The position numbers and the translations under genes are program-made. This document shows, one piece after another, positions 37,472 to 48,040 of a DNA stretch of 64,000 bases. This stretch comes from a virus, in IMG/VR virus record IMGVR_UViG_3300044699_000032, positions 3,220-67,219 of that record. The stretch is one strand, 5' to 3'. The notes under the pieces were generated by a model. The model searched no databases. It saw only the letters and a program-made list of their open reading frames with translations, and was not told the origin of the DNA. The first letter of the stretch is position 1. Every line of letters begins with the position of its first letter.

Positions 37472-38215
37472 CTACTCAACATAGACGTAATGCGATCTTA
37501 GAATGATGTCCAAGGCAGGAGCAGTCGTCGACACAAAATTAATGTTAGAACTGCGGCCCGCGAATAATGACATCACAGGCGGATGGTCGACCTGCGTAGG
37601 CGCGTTGTTCAGTGTGAGCGAGCGATTGGTGGAGTTCTGTGAATAGTTCGGCTCGGGGCTGCCGTTCCCATAGAGCGGCCAATAACTAACCAGATTTTGA
37701 GACCGAACTCTAAGCGGTGAAACGCCCTCAGATAGTGCAAGCACTTCATCATCAGTCAGGACGACATTCCATATTCCGACTTCCGCCAGCCGGCCATTCA
37801 TGGGGCCGAACAAAGTCGGGTCGGCGAAGTACCCGCCGATAAGCACCTCTTGAATAGAGGACACGCCCCCTGAAGGAGTGACGTTTGTTGCCTTTCCCCC
37901 ACCGTTCAAATAAGCGGAGCGTGTTGTGACGTCAGTAAAAGTACCCGCTGCGTGATTCCATGTACCCGCCGAATATGTGGTAGTGGTTTCCGCAGTTATT
38001 TCGTTATCTGTAGCCCCGACCTTGGCAGAGGCTCCGGTCGCATTCAGGTATATACCGAGGTAGGGCGTCCCGCCGGTATCTCTCAGGAAGACCGCGTCGT
38101 ATGTGACGTTTGTTGCAACCGGGTAAAACCACAGTGATATGGACACAGGATATGTGGTTACTGCGCTTACGCCAATACCGAGATATTGGTTTGATCCGTT
38201 AAATAAGCGTGCCAT
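37472..38215 (-). CDS. LamG/concanavalin A-like domain protein
   Basis: FNGSNQY...SISLWF...GTWNHAAGT...YLNG...IGG...MNGRLAEVGIWNVVLT..EV...LVSYWPL. Confidence 0.85.
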   Translation of the reverse strand: MARLFNGSNQYLGIGVSAVTTYPVSISLWFYPVATNVTYDAVFLRDTGGTPYLGIYLNATGASAKVGATDNEITAETTTTYSAGTWNHAAGTFTDVTTRSAYLNGGGKATNVTPSGGVSSIQEVLIGGYFADPTLFGPMNGRLAEVGIWNVVLTDDEVLALSEGVSPLRVRSQNLVSYWPLYGNGSPEPNYSQNSTNRSLTLNNAPTQVDHPPVMSLFAGRSSNINFVSTTAPALDIILRSHYVYVE

Positions 38216-38229
38216 TGAACGGCTATGCC

Positions 38230-38742
38230 TTACACGTCTGCGTATTGAAACAGCAGGTCGAACAACACCGAGTCCGCTTCACACGTATCATCGCTGGCGT
38301 TGTCCTGACGCTCAAACAGAAACTCAACCGTCTCTCCGGCCGCAAAGTTCGCAGCCGTGACTGAGATCGAAGGCGTCAGGCGACGATTGGCGGCACCGGG
38401 GGCAACATCGGCTTGGCGCGTCTGCTGCTCGTTCGATGTCTGGTCAAGAGATGTAGTGTCGTCACCGCCCACCGTGCGGTAGGTGATGCGCCATTGATGA
38501 TTGCCGGTCGTCGCGGTCGTCGTCCACACTGGGATGATGACGGACGTGCCAACGTAGTTCTGCGGCACCGTGAACTGTCCATAGATGCCGTGCGCCTGAT
38601 TGGCGGTCGGGTTTTTGAACCTGATGACGAGATGTTTCCAAACGTCGTTGGTTGCAATCGTGTCGTAGGTTTCAAACCAACATCGGCCCGTCGTGTCGGG
38701 AACAGTGCTTCCCCCAAGCATACTGATTTGATACGTGGCCAT
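38230..38742 (-). CDS. virion-associated beta-sandwich-type hypothetical protein
   Basis: 170-aa operonic ORF resembling the C-terminal domain of the tail fibre (F..P..Y/W...AAG..V.F...R..NASD). Confidence 0.55.
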   Translation of the reverse strand: MATYQISMLGGSTVPDTTGRCWFETYDTIATNDVWKHLVIRFKNPTANQAHGIYGQFTVPQNYVGTSVIIPVWTTTATTGNHQWRITYRTVGGDDTTSLDQTSNEQQTRQADVAPGAANRRLTPSISVTAANFAAGETVEFLFERQDNASDDTCEADSVLFDLLFQYADV

Positions 38743-38748
38743 CTTCGC

Positions 38749-40349
38749 TCACTGCGTCAGAGGATGTGGATACGTGTATGGCGCATAATGTGTAACCCAA
38801 TCATTTGTCGTACCGCAGCGGTACAAGATGCCGAGCCCGGACATTACGGTCGTCGTCACCGCCTTAGATGAACTCTGCGCGGACTCATTGCCGGCGGCAT
38901 CGTATGCCGACACAGTGTAGTTGTACGAAGTCGATGGCGAGGCGGTGTCGTCGGTGTAAGAGTTGGTCGCGGACGTTCCGATCAAAGAACTGTTGCGATA
39001 AATCTTGTAACCTGTGACCCCGACATTGTCGGTCGATGCCGTCCAAGTGAGCCTGACGTGCCCCGCGCCTGCGTCAGTAGCAAAGTAGCCGACGCCGCCC
39101 TTGCCGTCATCTTCCGGTGAACGGGTCGGGTTGGTCGGGTTGCTATGCGTGCAAGTCGTCGGGCGGTTGGCCACCGTGCCGAACCCCATCCCGACCGTGC
39201 CGTTGAACGGACTGGTCGGTGAGGATTGTGCGCTTGCGCTGACTGCATTGAAATAATCGCGATTGTCTTTGATGTATGTCGTACCAGCCTCGTTCACTCC
39301 GTCAACCTTGGCACCGTTGCTGGTATTGGTATTATTCCAAGAATAAACTGGCAGCAAATCACCGGTAGCAAAATCGCGTCCCATTTGATGAGAGCAAGGA
39401 TAACCGGTTCCACATGAGTCCACATAGTTTTGCCGTAATCGAAATTGCCGAAGAGTCCATCGTCCCCACTGCCGTGAGGGTGTTGTTGAAATACATCCCC
39501 GTGCCAGACCCCTGATGATGGATCAATCGATATCCATTGGGATAAGTCGACGACGAATTGGCGATGACATGATTGTTGTAGATTTCGAAATTCTGAAAGC
39601 CGCCGTTGTGGCCAAGCTCGTGTGCAGTCACCAACGAATTGGTGACGGTGTTGTAGCGAAACACTAGGTTCGAACCAGCGCCCCATCCATCCACCGCGCC
39701 CAATCCGGCGTTGGTCATAGTTGTGACGGTAATGGTGTTGTCCTCGAAAAACATATTTTTGCTAGTACCTTGAGGATTAGCCAAAGGACTCGGGTCTTGT
39801 GCTCCAAGGAAATACAGGGGTTCATGAGATGAGCTTCCAGTAAACGTGTTGTGGTCGATCACGCCCTGGACGTATTGAGTCGAGGTGTTTTCTCCTAAAA
39901 CAATCGAATGCGCTTCGGCTCCTAAAGCGAAGGAATTATGATCCATTCGAAACTGACTGATCGTCCCGCTACAACCGCCAGCGGGGCACGTCCAGACCAT
40001 AAAGTCGCTTGCCGGATTAAAGTTAAATCCCGAGATGCGATAGAGCTTCGTGCTGCTGCCAGTAGGAAAACCGAACACTGTCCCACTTGTCGAAACGTTG
40101 CACGTAGCGCCAACAGCACAAATCAATGTGATACCCTTGGTGAGGAAAACGTTAGCGTGCTGTTCCAGGTGTAGGAACCATTAGCGAACGTGAAGGTCGC
40201 CCATCCGAAGCGGAGCTATAACTCGTATTTATTTGCGCGATGGTTGTGCCAGACGTGCAACTCCATGTCGTTCCACTGCCAGAGCACGCAGCATCCGCGA
40301 CGCCACCGGACAAAGCCAAGGCAAAGAGCGATAGCAAGATTCGACGCAT
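38749..40349 (-). CDS. parallel beta-helix + fibronectin type III protein with an N-terminal signal peptide, frameshifted
   Basis: MRRILLSLFALALSGGVADA signal; FRMDHNSF, GVIDHNTF, FFEDNTI, VFRYNTV, FEIYNNHV beta-helix rungs; LTWTASTDNVGVTGYKIYRN...YTVSAYDAAGNES (Fn3). Confidence 0.75.
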
Positions 40350-41349
40350 TCATATTTCCTCTACATCCAGCCCGCCAGGAACGCTCGGGGCCTGTGTGTC
40401 GCCCCCCGCCGCCGATTCAACCAGATGGAAAATGTCGGCAGCGAGGATGATCGGCGCAGGCTCGTCAAATGCCTCCAAAGCAAACACGATGTCGCCAACG
40501 AACGGCAACTCACCCGTTATCGGGGTGCCGATCGGCAAACATAGCCGCATCAGTCTTCCTCGATAACCGCCGAAATGCTCATAGCCTGATAGGTCGGACC
40601 GCTTGGCGCTCGGATAGAGATCACCTCAGCGTTGCGTGCTTCAACATCGATCCTTTCGGCGGAATCCAACGATTTGCGCCACCGAGAGCATTCCAACCGA
40701 TAACTTCATAATTCGTTTTCCGGCGTTGGCTGCGCGGACCATGTCGTCGCAGTCGTGAAGTTCGCAGCCGGTTGATCGGTGCTATCAGCCTTGCTCGGCG
40801 TGATCGCGCCGCCCGGTGTCGTGCCAGTAGTCGACCGAGAAACGTTGACTTGTTGTGCGGCCGATGTCGTGCCTCGACCAGCAACACTGATCTCAATCAC
40901 ACGAATGCGGCGACTTGATCCCGATATGCAGGTGAGAACATCGTTTGCCACCTGTCGGAGTGATGTTGTCACGAGCAACAATATAGCGTCCCATGGCTAG
41001 TTGTTCCTTCTCTTCGACGGAGAAAATTCGGGATCGATGAAACGATCCGGTCGGATGACTTGATCATATGGGAAGATGCCCTTCTTTCGCCCTTCCGCGT
41101 CGTAATGGTTTTTAAGCAATTGTTTCGAGCGGCCATAGACTTCGTCAAATGTCATTTCGGCCTGCGCCAATCAACAGCAGTTTGGCGAATAGCATTGATC
41201 AAAATATTGGAAGCGGCATTAAGAATGGCCTCAACCGGGCGGCCCGCCGCAAGTTTCCCCATCATCCGAAATAATTCGAGCGAAACGTCAGGCGCAGAAC
41301 CCTGCAGCGGATCATTTGGATTCCGCAGTGGATCGGTCGGGTCAGTCAT
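40350..41349 (-). CDS. three small hypothetical ORFs (40350..40550, about 40550..40994, about 41000..41349), frameshifted
   Basis: Contiguous operonic ORF pieces. The Ser/Thr-rich RRIRVIEISVAG...SRSTTGTT segment looks structural. Confidence 0.45.
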
Positions 41350-41355
41350 TTATAT

Positions 41356-41985
41356 TTACCTCATCTGCGCAATCCGATTGAACACCGCACCATAATCAAC
41401 CGCTCGCCGACCATTCATTCGGCATACGGCTTCTGGCGCAAATTGTTCGATCTGTTGCGCGATGAAACCAACCCGCGGCTGATGATCGCCACGATAGTTG
41501 TATTGCACAATCTGCGCTGGCCCGACCTCGCCCAGTACTCTGATGTTTTCCTTGGCGTCGGCATCAGAGAGCGTGAAGATGCCGCTTGCGTTCCAAGTTA
41601 TGGTGATGTTGCCGCCGTTCGGCGTGACCGGCAATCCTGTGACACTGGTGTCCAGATAGAGCACCAGCCGCCACGTTGTGTTGGCACCAGCATTCTTCAC
41701 GTAAAGGACCAGAGCCTCTACGGAGTTGCCCGACACCGCCGTATAGGTCAAATCCCCACCGTCGAAGGTGCCAGCCGTGTAGGTTTTGGTCGCGCCTATT
41801 TCCTGATCAGTGCCAACGACACCAGCCAGATCATTGTAAAAATCGTGTGCTGCCGAATAGACATAAGGGGCACCGATATCAATGAGGGCACAATAGACAC
41901 CAGTTGTTCCTGTGCCGGTGAGCGCGCTGTTCGCAGAAGCCTGCATCAGCGCCTCTTTCCAAATCGGGTAGACTGCATTTGCCAT
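41356..41985 (-). CDS. small structural protein fused to an S74-type intramolecular chaperone domain
   Basis: MANAVY...TPNGGNITITWNASGIFTL followed directly by SDADAKENI...YNY...VGFIAQQIE..APEAV...AVDYG. Confidence 0.75.
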   Translation of the reverse strand: MANAVYPIWKEALMQASANSALTGTGTTGVYCALIDIGAPYVYSAAHDFYNDLAGVVGTDQEIGATKTYTAGTFDGGDLTYTAVSGNSVEALVLYVKNAGANTTWRLVLYLDTSVTGLPVTPNGGNITITWNASGIFTLSDADAKENIRVLGEVGPAQIVQYNYRGDHQPRVGFIAQQIEQFAPEAVCRMNGRRAVDYGAVFNRIAQMR

Positions 41986-42004
41986 TGACGTAGCTCCTAT
42001 CTGT

Positions 42005-42687
42005 TCAGATCAGCCAATGCTCTTGCACCCATGGCAGACGGGTGAACGCATTCGGATCGCGCCAGCCGATGAAAGAGACGATGCGCGCGTCGGAGGGCAA
42101 CGCAGTGCCGGACGGCCAGCCCGGCTTTTGGAACGCATAGATGCCGCTGCTCGATCCGACTTGCCAACCCGCCAACTTCGGTGCGCGATACCACAGCCAA
42201 CCCTGATCGTCGGGGAACTCATGGCGCGGGATGTGGTCAAGCTGTTCGAGGTTGAAATCGGCCCATAGCTCGGGATGCGCGTTCTTCCGCAGCATCATGA
42301 CCGAGCAATTATACGGGCAAGGATTTGAGGCATTAGCACCCTTGAGAACCACCAATGGCTCCGGTCGGTCAAACAACGGATCGAGCGACCCCGTGAGAAC
42401 AACATCCAAGTCCAGACAGACGAGACGGTCGGAGATATCGTGTTGTGCTTGCCATGAGGGATCAAACATGCGGAGCCGCGCAAAACAGCCGTTGATTGCC
42501 GTGAGCGACGAATCTTGGATGCCATGACGCTCGATCCCATTTGACAGATTGGCGATGCGATCGCTTTCCGTCAGACACAGAAACCGAAACGGTTGCTTGA
42601 GGTGCTTGCGCAACCAACGTGCAAGCGCTCGACATACGCCGGCGAATATTTCTTGCCCCATAGCCACGTACAGACGACTAGCGCCAC
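42005..42687 (-). CDS. GT-A (GT8-like) glycosyltransferase
   Basis: VVCTWLWGKKYSPAYVER (after a 1-nt shift)...FRFLCLTE...ARLRMF...VCLDLDVV (DxD)...YNCSVM...DDQGWL. Confidence 0.8.
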
Positions 42688-43226
42688 AGAATCCCGATGC
42701 CGTTGTCGCGCTTGGTGTGGCACAGTTTGATCTCTTCGTGCCGGTAGCCTTGCTTGACCTCATTCCAGACTTTCGGCACTTCGATCTTCCACGGCTTCGG
42801 CGGCCGATCGCCGAGGTCATAAGCGATGTCGTGAAACGCGACGATGCGCGCCATCGGACCATAGTTGAGCCAATCCATACGCACGTAAGGCTCGGTATGG
42901 TTGGCGTCGATCAGGCACAGATCGTAAGGGGCGAGCGCCCGCACCGACTCGACGATCTTCGGATCAGCGCTGTCGCCGACGAACAAGTGAACCTCATGTC
43001 CGAGGTTCTGCAGCCTGCTGATACACTCTTTCAGTTCGGCGCGGCCTTCCAGATCGACCGCAACCGCGCGCGAGTGCGCTTGCATTGCAATGGTCACAGC
43101 CCACAGTGAACCACCGAACTTCGATCCGATCTCAAGATAGCTGCGCACGTCCTCACGACGCACGATGCGCAGAAACTCGACCAGTTCAGCCGGGTCTTGT
43201 AGCGCGCCGCTCTTGGCCTTGATCAC
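42678..43226 (-). CDS. class I SAM methyltransferase (Methyltransf_24-like)
   Basis: YLEIGSKFGGSL...GDSAD...DLCLIDANH...VAFHDI...GIGIL. Confidence 0.85.
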   Translation of the reverse strand: MIKAKSGALQDPAELVEFLRIVRREDVRSYLEIGSKFGGSLWAVTIAMQAHSRAVAVDLEGRAELKECISRLQNLGHEVHLFVGDSADPKIVESVRALAPYDLCLIDANHTEPYVRMDWLNYGPMARIVAFHDIAYDLGDRPPKPWKIEVPKVWNEVKQGYRHEEIKLCHTKRDNGIGILWR

Positions 43227-43903
43227 AGCGCGGCCCGTAAATTGTCCAAGGTGTCATCTTTCCAAACCATGTGTTGGCTCGCAAGCATCCACGGGAATTT
43301 CGTCTCGGGCATTATTCCAATTTTCCACAATCCATGACGCGACGCAGTGGTGGCAAAAATTGTCGTCGGATACGCGGTCAGCGAGAGCAAGGTTGCGATG
43401 CCGCCATTGATGACAAAATTCATTTTAGCTCCGGCATACAAGGCCATTCTGTCGTGCAGATGGATCGGCCGCACATAGTAATCATCGATGATCGTTGCGC
43501 CGATCTCTTTACCAAATTGCCGCCACGCCGGTTCGTTGCTGTTGCGGCCCGGCACGCGATGGCTACAGCGCAACGTGATCGTATATTCGCAAGTTGCCGC
43601 AGGCTTCGCCGAGTACAAGCGTTCGATTGGTCGACCCTCACGCGCCCATGAGAAGAATTCAGCCGCAGAACCCCTGACGTGCGGTTGATCGTCACCAAGC
43701 CGCATCGGCAATCCTGCAAGCGCCGGTCCCGGCACGACGATGCTATCAAAACGCTGCAACACTTCCTGCACTGGAAACTTGCTCGTCTTCGGACGTGATC
43801 TGTCAATCACGATTTCGGTCGCGCCCTTTGACTTCATCAGCACGAGCCACGGATAGAAATCAAAGCTCGCGATCTGTTCACTCGCGGCATAGCGCGCGAT
43901 CAC
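43223..43903 (-). CDS. putative GT-B-like glycan-modifying protein
   Basis: TITLR...RNSN..AW...RMALYAGAKMNF..NGG resembles GT-B C-terminal domains; inferred partly from context. Confidence 0.45.
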   Translation of the reverse strand: MIARYAASEQIASFDFYPWLVLMKSKGATEIVIDRSRPKTSKFPVQEVLQRFDSIVVPGPALAGLPMRLGDDQPHVRGSAAEFFSWAREGRPIERLYSAKPAATCEYTITLRCSHRVPGRNSNEPAWRQFGKEIGATIIDDYYVRPIHLHDRMALYAGAKMNFVINGGIATLLSLTAYPTTIFATTASRHGLWKIGIMPETKFPWMLASQHMVWKDDTLDNLRAAL

Positions 43904-44508
43904 AACCGTTTCCAGATTGCGGCCGGATGGCCGATCCCGCCAATCTCCGACGTGTGAATGCGCTTAAGCCCACATGCGCCCAAGTCGAAATCGAGTTGCG
44001 GGAGTTCGTCGGGATAGCCGCTCCAGCCGAAATACTCGATCGTCCGCCGACCAAGGTTCTGCATCAGTGCCGACACCTGTTCCGGCGTCATTTCCCGCTT
44101 AAGCTTGTGGAGCACTCCGATCATCAGAACGATGTCATAGCGCATATTGGCGAACGCTTGCTGTAGCACGTCTGGGCCTTTGCTCAGATCGACCGCCGCA
44201 AATTTGCTTTCACAATCGCGTACCTCTGCGAACCACTGCTGCGCGGCGGCCATGCCAGGACCAAAGACATCGCAACCGTGGACCAGCTTCGCGCCGTTCA
44301 GTGCGAAGTCATATAAAGTATGAGCCCGGTTGCAACCCACATCGAGAACGCTACGACCACGAGCACGAAGCAACAGATCACTGAGACCGTCCCATCGAAC
44401 GTCATGCAGCCCCGCGACGACTCGCGCGATCGGATTCTTGTCATCCATAAGCCCTGCCTTTAGCGCTTCGTCCTGCCAGCGTTTAGTGGACATGGCCGCA
44501 GACTTCAT
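43900..44508 (-). CDS. class I SAM methyltransferase
   Basis: GRSVLDVGCN...GAKLVHGCD...YDIVLMIGVLHKL. Confidence 0.85.
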   Translation of the reverse strand: MKSAAMSTKRWQDEALKAGLMDDKNPIARVVAGLHDVRWDGLSDLLLRARGRSVLDVGCNRAHTLYDFALNGAKLVHGCDVFGPGMAAAQQWFAEVRDCESKFAAVDLSKGPDVLQQAFANMRYDIVLMIGVLHKLKREMTPEQVSALMQNLGRRTIEYFGWSGYPDELPQLDFDLGACGLKRIHTSEIGGIGHPAAIWKRL

Positions 44509-45247
44509 CGACCGTGATCCTGTCGAGCGCTTTGCGGCAATGATGACACTGCGTGAGCGAGCCGCATGCTTCCTCGGTCCCGCCGGTCAGATTGACGTGC
44601 GTCGTGTAGCCGGTGACCTTTGGCGGAATGAACCCGCCGAAGATCACGACCGCGGGCACGCCCAGTGCCGCTGCGCCATGATGCAAACCACCTTCCGGCA
44701 GCACCGCAAACTTGGCCTTGGACAGCGCGGCCAACGCAATCCGAAATGTCGGCGTGACAATCGTTCGCACGCCATGCAGCCGATCGCGCCCGTGCGAGAA
44801 TTGCACGATGTCGTGCCCGGCGTGACGTAGCCGGTCGGCGACCGCCTGATATCTGTCGATGCCCCAATCCTTGTTGACGGCCACCGATTTGTGCCAGGGC
44901 ACGTTCGGTTCGATCACGATGAAGTCTCGGCCGATCGTCTTGGCGAACTGCTTTTCGTAGGGCGAGAAATAAATCTCGCCGGGCTGCGGCACAAAATCAT
45001 AATTCCAAATCCACCGCGTCCGTTGCTTGTTCAAGCTGTTGTATTTGCGATGGCCCTTGTAGTAGTCGACCCAGAACAGATCAGCGGCATTCTCTTGGCC
45101 CGGTCCGGCGATGTGCGGATTGTGCCGGAAGATTTCTTCCGACCACGGCCCCCAGATGATCTTTTTGCCATCGCCGAACGCGAGCCGCTTGAAGCCGCGC
45201 AGGCCCTTTTCCATTCCAGAGCCAATGATGTCGTCTCCGAAGCCCAT
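44483..45247 (-). CDS. GT9 (heptosyltransferase-like) glycosyltransferase
   Basis: MGFGDDII...IFRHNPHI...NKDW...EGGLHHGAAALGVPAVVIFGG...C..ALDRITVDEV. Confidence 0.85.
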   Translation of the reverse strand: MGFGDDIIGSGMEKGLRGFKRLAFGDGKKIIWGPWSEEIFRHNPHIAGPGQENAADLFWVDYYKGHRKYNSLNKQRTRWIWNYDFVPQPGEIYFSPYEKQFAKTIGRDFIVIEPNVPWHKSVAVNKDWGIDRYQAVADRLRHAGHDIVQFSHGRDRLHGVRTIVTPTFRIALAALSKAKFAVLPEGGLHHGAAALGVPAVVIFGGFIPPKVTGYTTHVNLTGGTEEACGSLTQCHHCRKALDRITVDEVCGHVH

Positions 45248-45256
45248 GCAGTGACT

Positions 45257-45508
45257 TTAACTTACCCACGGATTGGACGGAGTACCATTCTCGGCCTTGC
45301 GGGCACGTTCTGCCAGTGCGCCCCACGTGCGCGGGTGATCTGCCGCCAGGGTTGAGATCGGTGTATCCCACGCCGATACTCCGTATTCCATGCTGTATTG
45401 AGCGCACGGACAAACATGAAATCCCCACTCGTAGGGGGCGGCAGCGTCCTTGCTATCGAGCCACAGCAGGATGTGTCCACGTGTTCCGATTTCGGGTCTG
45501 CTCAACAT
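45257..45508 (-). CDS. hypothetical protein
   Basis: 83-aa ORF after an AGGAG RBS. Confidence 0.5.
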   Translation of the reverse strand: MLSRPEIGTRGHILLWLDSKDAAAPYEWGFHVCPCAQYSMEYGVSAWDTPISTLAADHPRTWGALAERARKAENGTPSNPWVS

Positions 45509-45526
45509 GGTAGTTCTCCTTCTCTC

Positions 45527-46336
45527 TCACTCGATCATCTTCCAAAGCGTGCCATCGACCAGTTCGGTCTCATTCCACTGATGATAGGCCAGCGAGTTGA
45601 GCCATTGCTGGCGCTCAGGATAGACCGGATTTTCTAGATCGTCGAAACCGACCTTGCCGACCAGGGCTGCCGCTGACTCCTGATCGACGAACACCGGGCA
45701 ACCCATAATCACGGCCTCGACCGCGGCGATGCTGCCATGTGCCACAAGGCAATGCGCGTCCTTGATCTCGTCGTAGAGCGACATCTTGCTTTCCTTGTCG
45801 CGGATCACGATCGGCCGATCGGTCTTGGTACGGAGTAGGTTGGCGGTGCGCTTAGACCAATTGACCGGCAGTCCGCGAACGTTCCAATAGTCCGGCAACG
45901 TGTCGGCAATTATGATTTTGCCGCCGCCCCGACGCCATGGCCGAACTTCGTGAATGAGGTTGAGCGCGCGCCACCGATCATCGGGCACATCGCGAATTCT
46001 TTCCATCTGAAACGCATTGACGTGCCAGCGATAATATCCGCCATTGGCACCACGGGGCAACCAAGTGGCGAACACGCGACGGAGATATCCGCGATCCCAA
46101 TATATGAATGGCCGTTTTGCCCGTCGCCACTTGGCATAGAATGGTTCAAGTTCGGGCGAACATCCTGTGATCGGGAAGATGTTGTTCGGCAGAGCGTCCA
46201 GCAGAAACCAATCATGGCGCAGGATCATCCCGCCCGACTTGTGGATTTTCTGGCCTATCCGCTCGAACAGCGCCAGCTTGAAGTCCTTTAGACCGGGAGG
46301 AATGAACAGTGCTACTTGGGCGGGATTGATCATCAC
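45527..46336 (-). CDS. KpsC/KpsS-like GT-B glycosyltransferase
   Basis: FIYWDRGYL...RPIVIRDK...AHCLVAHGSIAAVEAVIMGCPVF...WLNSLAYHQW. Confidence 0.65.
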   Translation of the reverse strand: MMINPAQVALFIPPGLKDFKLALFERIGQKIHKSGGMILRHDWFLLDALPNNIFPITGCSPELEPFYAKWRRAKRPFIYWDRGYLRRVFATWLPRGANGGYYRWHVNAFQMERIRDVPDDRWRALNLIHEVRPWRRGGGKIIIADTLPDYWNVRGLPVNWSKRTANLLRTKTDRPIVIRDKESKMSLYDEIKDAHCLVAHGSIAAVEAVIMGCPVFVDQESAAALVGKVGFDDLENPVYPERQQWLNSLAYHQWNETELVDGTLWKMIE

Positions 46337-46459
46337 CTATCAAATCGTTGACGCAAAGCCGCAGAAGGTAGCCCTGCCCACGTACACGATTGTCGTCACC
46401 GACCTCATAGGCAACTCGCATCGCAGTCAGCAGCCGTTGCATTTTGTCGAAATCGGGCG

Positions 46460-47245
46460 TCATCGCCCATAGTCACCGAACGGTGTCGGATTGCGGTAGT
46501 TGTCGAGCGCATAGCCGGCGGCGATCGCCGACCGCATTTCGTTATCGAAATACGCAACCGCGTCCTTGCGATGGTGCGGACGGATCGCTGCCTTTTTGTA
46601 CCAGTGCGGTCGGCCTTCCTGCTGCAATCGTTGCATCGCATACGGGAGATGTGGCTGCGTCGGGATCGCGGTGAAGTGGAGGATTTTGATATCTGGATCG
46701 TTCACGTCGGCATATTCGCCGCCGGTATCGCGCCGCATGTCGAGGCAATTCCAATTGCCTTTGTAGCGCTTGATTGCCTTCGATCCCGTCACGCGATTGC
46801 GGACGTCGCGATAAAATCCCGGCTTGCGTTTGATATCTTCGACCAGCGGCAGGAGTTGCTTCATCTTAGCGCAATCGTACAGCGTGACGCAGATCGCTTC
46901 CGGCTTCGACACCATGGCGTATCCGCTCGGAATGTCGGTATTCCACAGCTCGGCGATGTCGGCCTTGGCGATCATGTCCAAGTCCATATAGATCGCCTTG
47001 CCCTCGAAATTGCACGCTGCAGGAATGCCCCAACGCAGCGCAGAGAACGGCGTAGCCCATCCCTTCGTACACCAACCTTTATTGGCTTGCGGGTCGGAAT
47101 ACCAAAAGCTCTGTGGGTCACGCGACAACCTCAGCCATGTGATGTCGAGCGGCTCGCTGGCATGACGCTGCAGCGAATAGTGCACGACGGCCTGGAATTC
47201 CAAGTCCTCGTCGTTGGCCGAACAGCCGATAAAGATGCGGATCAT
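46460..47245 (-). CDS. GT-A (GT8-like) glycosyltransferase
   Basis: IRIFIG...WATPFSALRWGIP...GKAIYMDLDMI (DxD)...WNCLD...ILHFT...QP. Confidence 0.85.
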   Translation of the reverse strand: MIRIFIGCSANDEDLEFQAVVHYSLQRHASEPLDITWLRLSRDPQSFWYSDPQANKGWCTKGWATPFSALRWGIPAACNFEGKAIYMDLDMIAKADIAELWNTDIPSGYAMVSKPEAICVTLYDCAKMKQLLPLVEDIKRKPGFYRDVRNRVTGSKAIKRYKGNWNCLDMRRDTGGEYADVNDPDIKILHFTAIPTQPHLPYAMQRLQQEGRPHWYKKAAIRPHHRKDAVAYFDNEMRSAIAAGYALDNYRNPTPFGDYGR

Positions 47246-47399
47246 GCAGAGGCTGGCGGCAGTTGCGCCAGACAGGCGTCGAGCTTGTCTTTGAGATTGT
47301 CGACGTGCGCTTGCAGATCAGCGTTCTCTTGTTTGAGCCGGGCAATCTCCGCGTCCTTCTCGGCGACCCCTTCCGCGACGTACTCGCCCGGATTTTCAT

Positions 47400-48040
47400 T
47401 CAGTTTTCTGCCCATCGCATTGCCTCCTGCACTGTCATCTTGGGATACGCCTTCAACAAACTGACCGTCGAGCAGTTGATCACGGTGACGCCGAGGCTGC
47501 GCAGAACGGTTGCTGCGCCATCGATCGCGGCGCGCCAGCGCGGCAGATTGTCATTCGGGTGCGGGTTCGACAGCGGCGGATAGTGCCGCGGATGCCAGTG
47601 CTCACCGAGATCGACGCGCATGTCGAAACCGATCAGCAGGAGTCTTGCAGCGCCGAACTGCACCGCGAGATTGATCCCCTGGAAACCGCCGTTGCCGCCC
47701 GAGCCGATCGTGCCCGGTGTATCAACCAGCAAGTCATTGCTACGTGACATCACCGTGACTTTGCGGATGTCCTTGAACTGGTCGCACGCCTCGCGATCCT
47801 GCGAAATTTTCAAGCCGCCGAACGCTTCCACCCCTTGCCGCATGCGCCACCATGCGGCGTCGCAGCCATAGAGCACGTCGGCCCACTTACACAACTGCCA
47901 GCTTTCATTGATTGCAATGATGCGCGCCTTGGCGCGCAGTAGGTCGATCGGGGCAGCCTTGGCGCTCGGGCCGGAAGCGATGATGGCGCAGGCTTGTCCG
48001 CGCCAGTCGGGAAACCAGTCAGGTTTTGCCGTGCTGCCAA
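47400..48040 (-). CDS. Maf/DUF115 (MptE-like) glycosyltransferase-fold protein, copy 2
   Basis: DWRGQACAIIASGPSA...IIAINESW...ADVLYGCD..WW...NGGFQGINLAVQFGA.RLLLIGFDM...VINCS. Start approximate. Confidence 0.75.
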
